The notes: generated by a model from the letters alone, not told the origin. 64,000 nucleotides of DNA from an uncultured Pseudomonadota bacterium (GCA_949289935.1 CASEQD010000005.1:2655-66654); one strand, 5' to 3'. Positions 29,374 to 37,332 are shown, counted from the first letter of the stretch. Program-made: numbers and translations.

Positions 29374-29630
29374 CCCCCTACCTCAGGGAGGAAAACAGAG
29401 CTGCCTCAGAGAGGAAATTTCTCTCTTCTCTCCCCCTGAGTAACCCCCGTTTTTCCCTCCCTGAGTAGGGAGGGTCAGGGAGGGTATGAGTCAAAACCAA
29501 TCATCTGAATCTTTTTCGCCGACAGAGTCTGAATTGTTAGATTGTGAACAGGCGGCAGCCTAAGGAAACAATCGTTACAATTCAGTTGACCGAAGCAGCT
29601 TCGCTGCAAGAGGTTAGGCCGCCTTTGTTT
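29374..29630. repeat. structured GC-rich intergenic element, copy A (homologous to 59056..59340)
   Basis: Hairpin CCCTCCCT-GAGT-AGGGAGGG (29455-29474), a second AGGGAGGG (29477-29484) and TATGAGTC. CTCAGRGAGGAAA repeats start at 29382 and 29405. Further nested inverted repeats include 29529-29537/29577-29585. Confidence 0.7.
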
Positions 29631-30368
29631 CTAATTTTTCAGAGTACGGGCGACGGTGAGGGTGTCAACGGATTTTGCCCCGGCTTTTTTCAAGGCCAGA
29701 GCACATTCTTTTAATGTGGCGCCGGTTGTCATAACATCATCGATCAACACAATCCGTTTTCCCTTAATTTTTCCGGGATGTTTGACGGAAAAGGCATTTC
29801 TGACATTTTTGAGCCGCGCATGCCCCGAAAAACTGACTTGAGGTTTGGTGCGTCGATTGCGGATAAGCGAAGTATAATCGGCTTTGATGCCGGTCATTTG
29901 GGAAAGTTCGGCCGTTAACAGCGCCGACTGGTTATAATGCCTTTTCAGCAGCCGGGTATAATGCAGCGGTGTCGGCACTATAACGTCAACGCCGGCCTCA
30001 AAAATATCTTTTCCGGCCAGTTTCAGCCATTTGGCCAGCAGACGGCTGTTATCCGTCCGGTCAAAAAATTTCAACCCCAGCAGCAGATTTTTCGAATTAT
30101 CGTCATAACATACGGCCGCACGGTTAAAACGGAAGGGAGACTTTTTTTTCCCGGCGCATGAGGCGCACAACAAATTTTTTCCTCTGTATCCCGGAGCTTC
30201 AAGCGGCAACCCGCATCTTTGGCAATAAGGTGCCGAAATAAAATTAATTTTACTAAAACATTCGGCGCATAAACTGTCATCATCAGAAATAATTTTACCG
30301 CAGTTTTTACAGCGGGGCGGCAGTAGCAGATTAAGAATTTTACGCAAAATTTCAGGCATGGGGGGCAA
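29631..30368 (-). CDS. comF: ComF family protein (phosphoribosyltransferase domain)
   Basis: N-terminal CxxC...CxxC zinc-finger-like pairs (CKNCG, CAEC, CQRCG). C-terminal PRPP-binding motif IVLIDDVMTTGATL. Confidence 0.8.
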   Translation of the reverse strand: MPPMPEILRKILNLLLPPRCKNCGKIISDDDSLCAECFSKINFISAPYCQRCGLPLEAPGYRGKNLLCASCAGKKKSPFRFNRAAVCYDDNSKNLLLGLKFFDRTDNSRLLAKWLKLAGKDIFEAGVDVIVPTPLHYTRLLKRHYNQSALLTAELSQMTGIKADYTSLIRNRRTKPQVSFSGHARLKNVRNAFSVKHPGKIKGKRIVLIDDVMTTGATLKECALALKKAGAKSVDTLTVARTLKN

Positions 30369-31233
30369 AAAGCTTCTGCAGCTCTTTGTGAATGGAGTTG
30401 ATTTCGTCGACCACGGTCATTCCGGCAGCCCGCATGGCTTCTTTTTTATCTTCGGCGGTAACTTTACCCTGAGCCAGAACATCTCCGGCATACCCCATCT
30501 TATGCCCGAAAGGAATGGTGTTTCCGGCCACAAAGCCGATAACGGGTTTGCGTCGAGGCATCGAGGCATAATATCTGGCGGCGGCTTCTTCAAAAGCGCC
30601 TTCCAGTTGTCCGATAAAAACAATGGCCTCTGTTTCTTCATCATCGGTAAACAACCGCAGCGGATCAATAAAATCCATGCCGATAACCATATCGTCGCCC
30701 AGTCCGATGACGGTAGATTCGCCGAGCCTGGCGCGGTTTATTTCCAAAACGGCTTCATAAGTAAGGGTAGATGAGCGGGAAACAACGCCGACTTTGCCTT
30801 TTTTTAAAATATTTTCGGGAAAAATGCCGAGCCTGGACTCTCCGGGGGTAATAACGCCGGGGGTGTTCGGTCCGACAAATTTTGTGTTTGAACCTTTGAG
30901 AATATTTTTTATTTCAAGCATATCTTTAATCGGTACGCCGTCGGCAATGCAGACAACCAGAGACAATTCTGCCTCAACGGCTTCTTTGACGGCGCTTTTG
31001 ACAGCCCGCGCCGGAACGAACATGACGGAAGCATTGGCGCCGGTTTCATCAACGGCTTCTTTAACGGCGTTAAAAACCGGAATATCCATATAAGTTATGC
31101 CGCCCTTGCCGGGAGTAACGCCGGCCACGACGTTTGTGCCATAGTCAACGGAGCGTCTGATATGAAAAGAAGCCTGCGTTCCCGTAATTCCCTGAACCAG
31201 AACTTTTGTGTTTTTATCAACGAGAATGGACAT
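30352..31233 (-). CDS. sucD: succinate--CoA ligase subunit alpha
   Basis: MSILVDKNTKVLVQGITG...GPNTPGVITPG...GHKMGYAGD; the last segment is the region expected to carry the phosphohistidine. Confidence 0.9.
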   Translation of the reverse strand: MSILVDKNTKVLVQGITGTQASFHIRRSVDYGTNVVAGVTPGKGGITYMDIPVFNAVKEAVDETGANASVMFVPARAVKSAVKEAVEAELSLVVCIADGVPIKDMLEIKNILKGSNTKFVGPNTPGVITPGESRLGIFPENILKKGKVGVVSRSSTLTYEAVLEINRARLGESTVIGLGDDMVIGMDFIDPLRLFTDDEETEAIVFIGQLEGAFEEAAARYYASMPRRKPVIGFVAGNTIPFGHKMGYAGDVLAQGKVTAEDKKEAMRAAGMTVVDEINSIHKELQKLFAPHA

Positions 31234-32442
31234 TTAATAGCTCTCCTTTACCGCCCTTACCAGCTTGTCGATGGAATCTTCCATATCATAAGCCACAATA
31301 ATCGGCAGTTTGGCATTATGCAGAATATCCTTTGCTTCATCTTTGTTAATGCCTTCAAAACGAACCACCAGAGGCACGTTCAGCCCCACTTCCGAAGCTG
31401 CGGCGACAATTCCTTCGGCCAGCAGGTTGCAGCGCAAAAAACCGCCGAGAATATTGATAAGAATTCCCTCAACTTTGGGATTGGTCATAATAATTTTAAT
31501 TCCCGCGGCGATTTTGTCTTTATCAACGCCGCCTTTGACATTCAAAAAACACGAAGTATCAAGCCCGTTGCGGCGGATAAGATCCATGGCGGTAAGGGCG
31601 ATTCCGTCTCCGTTGACAATACAGCCGATGCTCCCGTCATCAAAGTCGCGGTATTGAAAGCCGAATTTTGCTGCCTTGATTTCCCTTTCTTCCGATTCAT
31701 ATTCATCCTGCAAAAGGGCAATATCCGGATGACGGTATAAAGCATTGTTGTCAAAAGACATTTTGGCGTCAAGAGCAACAATTCTGCCCCGGCGCGTAAC
31801 GCCTGCCGGATTTATTTCTATCATCGTGGCGTCATAATCAATAAAAGCCTTATACATTCCCTTGATAAATTCACGGAGAAAATGAAAACTTCTTTCCGGC
31901 AAATCAAGATATCGGCGCACTTCTTCAATCTGGGTTTTGCGGGCGCCGCGTTCAAGATCAAGTTTAAGCCTGAGAATTTTGTCCGGCCGGTTGACGGCTG
32001 TCGCCATAATATCCTGCCGTTCGTCAAGTTTGCACACCAGAAGGGTCAACGCCGGTGTAACCCGGTCAATAACCAGCCCGGCATAAAATTTTGCCCGGAC
32101 TTTGGCAAAAGCCTCCACATAAATCCGTCCGACAGTCTTTCCTTTAGGGCCGGTTTGCAGAGTTTGCAAAGTTGAACCCAGCATTTTTTCGGCTTCGGCG
32201 ACAATGTCCCTGCGGCGGTGAATAAGCCTGATACCGCCGCCTTTCCCGGCTTTTTCTTCAATAAAATGTCCTTTTTCCCGGGCGCCGGACTGAATCTGAG
32301 CCTTTAACATCCACGGCCCGCGCAGGGAAACATGCAAAGCTGCATTTTTAGCCTCATTGGGAGTATAGGCGATTTTTCCCCGGGGAATGGTAACGCCGTA
32401 ACGGCTCAAAATTTTTTTTGCCTGATACTCATGAATGTTCAT
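31234..32442 (-). CDS. sucC: succinate--CoA ligase subunit beta
   Basis: MNIHEYQAKKILSRYGV N-terminus, ATP-grasp layout, and NINPAG/NILGG-type motifs. Lies directly upstream of sucD. Confidence 0.88.
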   Translation of the reverse strand: MNIHEYQAKKILSRYGVTIPRGKIAYTPNEAKNAALHVSLRGPWMLKAQIQSGAREKGHFIEEKAGKGGGIRLIHRRRDIVAEAEKMLGSTLQTLQTGPKGKTVGRIYVEAFAKVRAKFYAGLVIDRVTPALTLLVCKLDERQDIMATAVNRPDKILRLKLDLERGARKTQIEEVRRYLDLPERSFHFLREFIKGMYKAFIDYDATMIEINPAGVTRRGRIVALDAKMSFDNNALYRHPDIALLQDEYESEEREIKAAKFGFQYRDFDDGSIGCIVNGDGIALTAMDLIRRNGLDTSCFLNVKGGVDKDKIAAGIKIIMTNPKVEGILINILGGFLRCNLLAEGIVAAASEVGLNVPLVVRFEGINKDEAKDILHNAKLPIIVAYDMEDSIDKLVRAVKESY

Positions 32443-32444
32443 GT

Positions 32445-32876
32445 TTATGCCAGCTCCTCTGCATAATGTCTGATTTTTTGCACCATTGAAAACAATCCGT
32501 TCCGGCGGTTGGGGCTGAGATGCTCTTCAAGGCCGATTTTATTAAAAATGTCATCGACATTGATTCGTAAAATTTCTTCAGCGGTTTTTCCGGAATAGAC
32601 GGCAAGTACAATGGCAATAATGCCCTTGACGATAATGGCATCGCTGTCTCCCCTGAAGAAAATGATTTTTCCGTTTTCCACGGCTTCAACTTGAGGCACC
32701 AGCCACACCTGCGATTGACAGCCTTTCACTTTCCATTCCGGTGTATGCAGTTCGTCCGGAAGAGGCGGAAGCTTTTCGCCCAGTTCAATAATGTAACGGT
32801 AGCGGTCTTCCCAGTCATCCAGCAATTCAAAATTTTCTTCCAGTTCTTCAATATTCATTTCAAGCCCCTGTTGCAA
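32445..32876 (-). CDS. sufE: SufE-family cysteine desulfuration protein
   Basis: DWEDRYRYIIELG..LP.L and KVKGCQSQVWL, which carries the conserved Cys. Confidence 0.8.
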   Translation of the reverse strand: MQQGLEMNIEELEENFELLDDWEDRYRYIIELGEKLPPLPDELHTPEWKVKGCQSQVWLVPQVEAVENGKIIFFRGDSDAIIVKGIIAIVLAVYSGKTAEEILRINVDDIFNKIGLEEHLSPNRRNGLFSMVQKIRHYAEELA

Positions 32877-32903
32877 CAGTATATAATCCGAAAACGACGC
32901 TTG

Positions 32904-33764
32904 TCAAATTTTCTTCCGGCGGTATCTTTCAGCCTCATCGGTCAGCCGCTGATACAAACGGCGGGAAATTTCTTCCCCCTGAACGGCCATTCTTTCTGGG
33001 TGCCATTGCACGCCGAGGGCAAACCCGTTGTAACCGGATGGTTCAATCCCTTCAATCACGCCGTCTTCGGCTCTGGCGGAAATTTTTATTTTATCATCGG
33101 CAACAACGGCGACAGCTTCCCGGTGCATGGAATTAACCGCAAATTTTTTATCGCCGCAGATTTCTGCCAGCACGCTTCCCGAAACAGCCGTAACCCAATG
33201 GGCATATTCATTGGCATTAATGCCGTGATGCCGGGCTGAGGCAAGAATGTCTTTATTGATAAAACCTGTTTTAGCCCCCAAATACCCGGCGATCATCTGC
33301 ATTCCCCCGCAGATGCCGAGCATTGGCAGATTATGTTTAAAGGCATAGCCGACAATTGCTTGATAAGCCAGCGTACGGGGCGGAAGTTTTGTTATCTTTT
33401 CTGCCGGCGGACTGACCGACCATTCGTCGGGTGTCGGAAAACAGCCTCCTGTCAGCAAAACACCATCCGTATTTTCCATTTGTTTTTCAATATTATGGTA
33501 AGAAATCAGCCGTATGTTGGCGCCGGTAGCGGCAACAGCCCGGGCATAAGGTTCGTCAATGGAATAATATTCTCCCTCCAAAGCCAGCAAAATTCCGATA
33601 ACCGGCGCATTTTTACCGTTTGGGAAATCTTTTTCCGGCAACAGAAATTCCGGTGTCCCGGGCAGAGAGTCAATTTCAGCGGCTGACAAACCGGTGGCTG
33701 TATAAGTCATACAACTGCTATTGGGGTATTGTCGTTTTTCAAAATAAATTTTTTCAACCGTCAT
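32904..33764 (-). CDS. class I glutamine amidotransferase / gamma-glutamyl-GABA hydrolase-like (peptidase C26)
   Basis: GICGGMQ (nucleophile Cys) and VQWHPE motifs. Confidence 0.75.
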   Translation of the reverse strand: MTVEKIYFEKRQYPNSSCMTYTATGLSAAEIDSLPGTPEFLLPEKDFPNGKNAPVIGILLALEGEYYSIDEPYARAVAATGANIRLISYHNIEKQMENTDGVLLTGGCFPTPDEWSVSPPAEKITKLPPRTLAYQAIVGYAFKHNLPMLGICGGMQMIAGYLGAKTGFINKDILASARHHGINANEYAHWVTAVSGSVLAEICGDKKFAVNSMHREAVAVVADDKIKISARAEDGVIEGIEPSGYNGFALGVQWHPERMAVQGEEISRRLYQRLTDEAERYRRKKI

Positions 33765-33775
33765 CTTCCGCCCTT

Positions 33776-34240
33776 TCAGAAGACATCAAGCACGGCGCGG
33801 GCTTCATCGCTGAGCCGGTCCAAAGTCCAAGCCGGTTCCCAGACAACTTTGACTTCAACTTTTCCTGTGCCTTCGACCAGAGCTGCGGCATCGGCCGTTT
33901 GTTGGGGAAGAATTCCGGCAACGGGGCATCCGGGAGCAGTCAAAGTCATTTCAATATAAACATCGCCGTTGTCTTTAATTTCCAGTTTGTAAATCAGCCC
34001 CATATCATAAATATTTATCATGATTTCCGGATCAGAAACCGTTTTCAGGGCTTCAATCACATCTTCTCTGGAAGCGGTTTTTTCTCCTTCCGGCTTAGGA
34101 AAGCCGGCATAAGCGCTGTATTCCGCAGCGGCTTCAGCCTCCTGCATGGCAAGAGCCTGCAAAAGAGAAGCTTCAATATCGTCTGTATTATCTTTATTAT
34201 GCATTGCCAATCCGTCAATCAGGTTCTTTAATGCGTTCAA
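33776..34240 (-). CDS. DUF59 (MIP18/SufT-like) Fe-S cluster assembly protein
   Basis: DPEI.INIYD+GLIY...MTLTAPGCP motif. Confidence 0.75.
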   Translation of the reverse strand: MNALKNLIDGLAMHNKDNTDDIEASLLQALAMQEAEAAAEYSAYAGFPKPEGEKTASREDVIEALKTVSDPEIMINIYDMGLIYKLEIKDNGDVYIEMTLTAPGCPVAGILPQQTADAAALVEGTGKVEVKVVWEPAWTLDRLSDEARAVLDVF

Positions 34241-35510
34241 TATCGGCGCCGACGCCTTTTAGTTTTTCTTCCAAAAGTTCATACCCTCGGTCAAGGTGAT
34301 AAACACGGTTAACAATTGTTTCGCCTTCGGCGGCCAACCCGGCAAGAACCAAAGCAAACGAAGCCCGCAAATCTGTTGCCATAACCGGAGCGCCGTAAAG
34401 TTTGTCCACGCCGCGCACAATGGCGGATGCATGCCCGTGTACATTAATATTTGCCCCCATCCGCAACAGTTCGGGCACATGCATAAACCGGTTTTCAAAA
34501 ATAGTTTCCGAGATCATGGAGGCGCCTTTGGAAGTCAGCATAAGTGCCAGAAACTGAGCCTGCAAATCAGTCGGAAATCCGGGATACACATCGGTCATAA
34601 TATCCTGTCCGGTCAGTTCTTTGTTGCGTGCATCGACAATAAGCGCATTTTCTTTTTCTTCAACCGCAACACCCATCTTGCGTAAAACATTAATCGGGGT
34701 TTGCAAGGTTGAAGCATCAGCGTTCAGCAGTTCAATTCGACCACGGGTGATGGCGGCGGCCACGGCATAAGAACCGGCTTCGATTCTGTCTGAAATAACT
34801 TTATGCCGGGCGCCGTGCAGCTTTTTCACACCTTCAATTGTCAAAACAGAAGAATCCCGCCCGCTGATTTTGGCGCCCATTTCATTAAGCAGGTCAATAA
34901 GGTCTCCGATTTCCGGTTCTTTGGCGGCATTTTCGATTTTCGTGGTTCCGCTGGCTAAAACGGCCGCCATCAAAATATTGCAAGTAGCGCCGACCGAGGC
35001 AAAACGGAAAATGATGTGGGCGCCTTTCAGTCCTTCGCCGGCATCAGCATGAACATAACCGTTTTTGATTTCGATTTTTGCGCCCATCTGTTCCAGTGCC
35101 GACAAATGAATATCCATCGGACGGGCGCCGATGGCGCAGCCGCCGGGCAGGGAAAGTTCAACGCGTTTTTCCCGTGCCAGCAGCGGACCGAGCACATAAT
35201 ATGATGCACGCATTTTCCGGACATAATCATACGGTGCGACAAGGCTGGTCAGTTTAGGCGTGCGGTAAGAATAGGTTTTGGTTTTATGCCCGTCAATAAA
35301 ATCGTCAAACGCGTCAATTTGCGTTCCGAGTTGTTTCAACAAAGCATTCATGGCATTAATGTCCGAAAGCATGGGCATATTGGTGAGCGTAACGGTTTCG
35401 TCCGTCAGCAGGCTGGCGCAGATAAGCGGCAAGGCTGCATTTTTTGCGCCGCTGATATAAATTTTTCCGATAAGTTGTTTTCCACCTTTGATTTTTATTT
35501 TATCCATCAT
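34215..35510 (-). CDS. murA: UDP-N-acetylglucosamine 1-carboxyvinyltransferase
   Basis: KIKGG..L.G...ISGAKNAALP, LPGGCAIGARP (catalytic Cys) and FPTDLQAQ motifs. Confidence 0.95.
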   Translation of the reverse strand: MMDKIKIKGGKQLIGKIYISGAKNAALPLICASLLTDETVTLTNMPMLSDINAMNALLKQLGTQIDAFDDFIDGHKTKTYSYRTPKLTSLVAPYDYVRKMRASYYVLGPLLAREKRVELSLPGGCAIGARPMDIHLSALEQMGAKIEIKNGYVHADAGEGLKGAHIIFRFASVGATCNILMAAVLASGTTKIENAAKEPEIGDLIDLLNEMGAKISGRDSSVLTIEGVKKLHGARHKVISDRIEAGSYAVAAAITRGRIELLNADASTLQTPINVLRKMGVAVEEKENALIVDARNKELTGQDIMTDVYPGFPTDLQAQFLALMLTSKGASMISETIFENRFMHVPELLRMGANINVHGHASAIVRGVDKLYGAPVMATDLRASFALVLAGLAAEGETIVNRVYHLDRGYELLEEKLKGVGADIERIKEPD

Positions 35511-35524
35511 AAAACTCCTTCAAA

Positions 35525-35680
35525 TCAATTGTCGGAAGACAATCTTTTTGCCGCGTTTAGTTTTTCTCTGGCTTCTTTTTGTTTTTTGCGTTTTTCCATA
35601 TTTTTTTGCAAAGCTTTTGCTTCTTTTTCAAAGCGGATGTCGCTTCTTTTTTTCTGGGGCGCAGCGTTGGTTTTGTTCAT
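35525..35680 (-). CDS. small basic protein (51 aa), hypothetical
   Basis: Below the ORF-track threshold. Hand translation gives MNKTNAAPQKKRSDIRFEKEAKALQKNMEKRKKQKEAREKLNAAKRLSSDN. It is in-frame at 156 nt, with a GGAACTCCAAAC purine patch upstream, and sits immediately 5' of murA. Confidence 0.4.
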   Translation of the reverse strand: MNKTNAAPQKKRSDIRFEKEAKALQKNMEKRKKQKEAREKLNAAKRLSSDN

Positions 35681-35798
35681 GTTTGGAGTTCCTCATTTTG
35701 AAAATACAAATATCATACAGTATGATATTTAAAAAAACGATAAAAATCTTACTCCAATGGAAATATCCGTTAAAAAATCACAAAATAAAAAATAATGC

Positions 35799-35827
35799 TT
35801 GATTTTTATTTTAAGAATAGGTATGTT
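35799..35827 (+). promoter_or_regulatory. candidate promoter for the tRNA-Thr locus
   Basis: TTGATT (35799-35804), 17-nt spacer, TATGTT (35822-35827). Confidence 0.3.
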
Positions 35828-35857
35828 CACATTCAGTTCAAAGCTGTTGTTCATTAT

Positions 35858-35928
35858 GCCTCTATAGTTCAGATGCCGAAGGTGCGTCATTGGTCAGTGA
35901 TGTTGAACCGAAGGTGAAAGAGACGCAC
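35858..35928 (+). pseudogene. decayed tRNA-Thr-like copy (pseudo-tRNA)
   Basis: GCCTCTATAGTTCAG matches the tRNA-Thr 5' end GCCGCTATAGCTCAG at 13/15 positions. GCGTCATTGGTCAGTGATG resembles its anticodon arm. The D-arm is replaced by ATGCCGAAGGT, there is no T-arm or complementary acceptor 3' strand, and no CCA. Confidence 0.45.
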
Positions 35929-35941
35929 TTTTAATTATTAT

Positions 35942-36016
35942 GCCGCTATAGCTCAGTGGTAGAGCACGTCATTGGTAATGACGGGGTCGTAAGTCCGATT
36001 CTTACTAGCGGCACCA
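35942..36016 (+). tRNA. tRNA-Thr (anticodon GGU), non-canonical T-loop
   Basis: GCCGCTA/TAGCGGC acceptor, D-arm GCTC-AGTGGTA-GAGC, anticodon arm CGTCA-TTGGTAA-TGACG, T-arm GTAAG-TCCGATT-CTTAC and an encoded CCA. The T-loop has C where the near-universal U55 is expected. Confidence 0.75.
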
Positions 36017-36126
36017 TTTTTGATAATGCACCGTTAAAGGTGCTTTTTTTGTATCTATTCCAAGCCTTTCAGCCAGTCCGATTTTGAGAATTTTTAAAAG
36101 AACAAATTTTAGCAACTTATCGGACT
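35995..36126 (+). repeat. cassette-boundary module, copy 0 (includes the tRNA-Thr 3' end)
   Basis: AGTCCGAT...GGCACCA (tRNA T-arm to CCA), a terminator hairpin, then AGTCCGAT (36075-36082), 36 nt, and ATCGGACT (36119-36126). Confidence 0.8.
36028..36050 (+). terminator. rho-independent terminator after tRNA-Thr (part of module 0)
   Basis: GCACC-gttaaa-GGTGC followed by TTTTTTT. Confidence 0.7.
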
Positions 36127-36167
36127 TTTTTATAAAAAATTAATATCTCTGCATTTTAACAAAACTA

Positions 36168-36196
36168 TTTTCTTTTAACGAGAAGCATGATAAAAT
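36168..36196 (+). promoter_or_regulatory. candidate extended -10 promoter of cassette 1
   Basis: TG-A-TAAAAT (36188-36196), about 28 nt upstream of the ATG. The -35 is weak (TTTTCT). Confidence 0.3.
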
Positions 36197-36223
36197 AAGA
36201 TGAGATTATTGAAAGGGACATAA

Positions 36224-37021
36224 ATGGCAGATACTCTTGATATTAGCAATATGTTTGCATATGACATGTTTGAGGGAGATACAAAAGTTGGAACTTGTAA
36301 TATTTCAATCCATCCTCAATATAGTGGTTTTCAGTGTCCAGATACTTGGAAAGATAAATCTGTGTTAGAAATTGATGGCTTTGGAACCTTCCAAAGAAAT
36401 GGTTACGGACGCGCCGGATTACAAAAATGCTATGAGTTATCACAACAAATGGGATGTGAAGGACGTATAGTCGTTCATGCTACATGGGATGCGGGCTCTT
36501 TTTATGAACATTGTGGCTTTAACAGTAATAATCAAGGAAAACCAGGAATAAAATATTTTGAACCGACCTTTGAAAATTTGGAAAAATTATTTAAAGGTGG
36601 AAAAAAAGATAATTTCTTATTTAGAGAAAGTACACCTGATTTTAATGCTTTTGCGAACTTTAATTTTGATGATTTTGAGCTGCAAAAATCAAATCAAAAG
36701 AGATGCGATGATAATAAAAAGCCCGAACTAGACTTTAATCCTGAAGCAGGTTTAATTGAATATGCTGATAAGAACTTACAAAAAATTGCAGAGCTAAGAA
36801 AGAGAATAAAAAACAATAATATTGATCCGTTAGAACTTAAAGCCAAATCACTAGCTTCGAGCCTTGAAGAAATTGGCTTATCTAGAGATGATTTAGGCAA
36901 AACAGGGAATAGCAGGACAGGCGAAATAACTGAAAAGAATAGGAAAATTGCAAAAAGCCAAACGGAAGATGCTAAAGAGGCAATGTTACGAAATAAAAAA
37001 TTAAAGGAAGATTGTCGGTAA
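36224..37021 (+). CDS. GNAT-like N-acetyltransferase domain protein with charged C-terminal extension (cassette 1)
   Basis: FQRNGYGRAGLQKCYELS matches the R/Q-x-x-G-x-G/A acetyl-CoA loop, and FYEHCGF is present. The C-terminal ~130 aa are K/E/N-rich low complexity. The region is very AT-rich. Confidence 0.55.
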   Translation: MADTLDISNMFAYDMFEGDTKVGTCNISIHPQYSGFQCPDTWKDKSVLEIDGFGTFQRNGYGRAGLQKCYELSQQMGCEGRIVVHATWDAGSFYEHCGFNSNNQGKPGIKYFEPTFENLEKLFKGGKKDNFLFRESTPDFNAFANFNFDDFELQKSNQKRCDDNKKPELDFNPEAGLIEYADKNLQKIAELRKRIKNNNIDPLELKAKSLASSLEEIGLSRDDLGKTGNSRTGEITEKNRKIAKSQTEDAKEAMLRNKKLKEDCR

Positions 37022-37188
37022 TTTTTACCTAAAAAAATTACAACTTTTTATTTTTGAGAAAATTTAATGATTTTATACTAGAAGATGACATTTCTAAAGA
37101 ATAGCTTTTGACTTGATTTTTATACAAATTCTTTACTGTCAAACATATCAATTTTCTTACTCAAAAGCTTAAAATTATCATAAAATTT

Positions 37189-37326
37189 AGTCCGATAATT
37201 GCATAGTATCTCGCACCATTTTTAAGAATTCCGCCCAAGTGGCGGATTTTTTATTTTTAAACAAGAGATTATTTAGTCCGATTTTGTGAGTTTTGAAAAT
37301 GCCATTTTGGGCAAAGTTATCGGACT
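37189..37326 (+). repeat. cassette-boundary module, copy 1
   Basis: AGTCCGATAATTGCATAGTATCTCGCACCA (37189-37218). Hairpin CCGCC-caagt-GGCGG plus a T-run. AGTCCGAT (37275-37282), 36 nt, ATCGGACT (37319-37326). Confidence 0.8.
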
Positions 37327-37332
37327 TTTATC

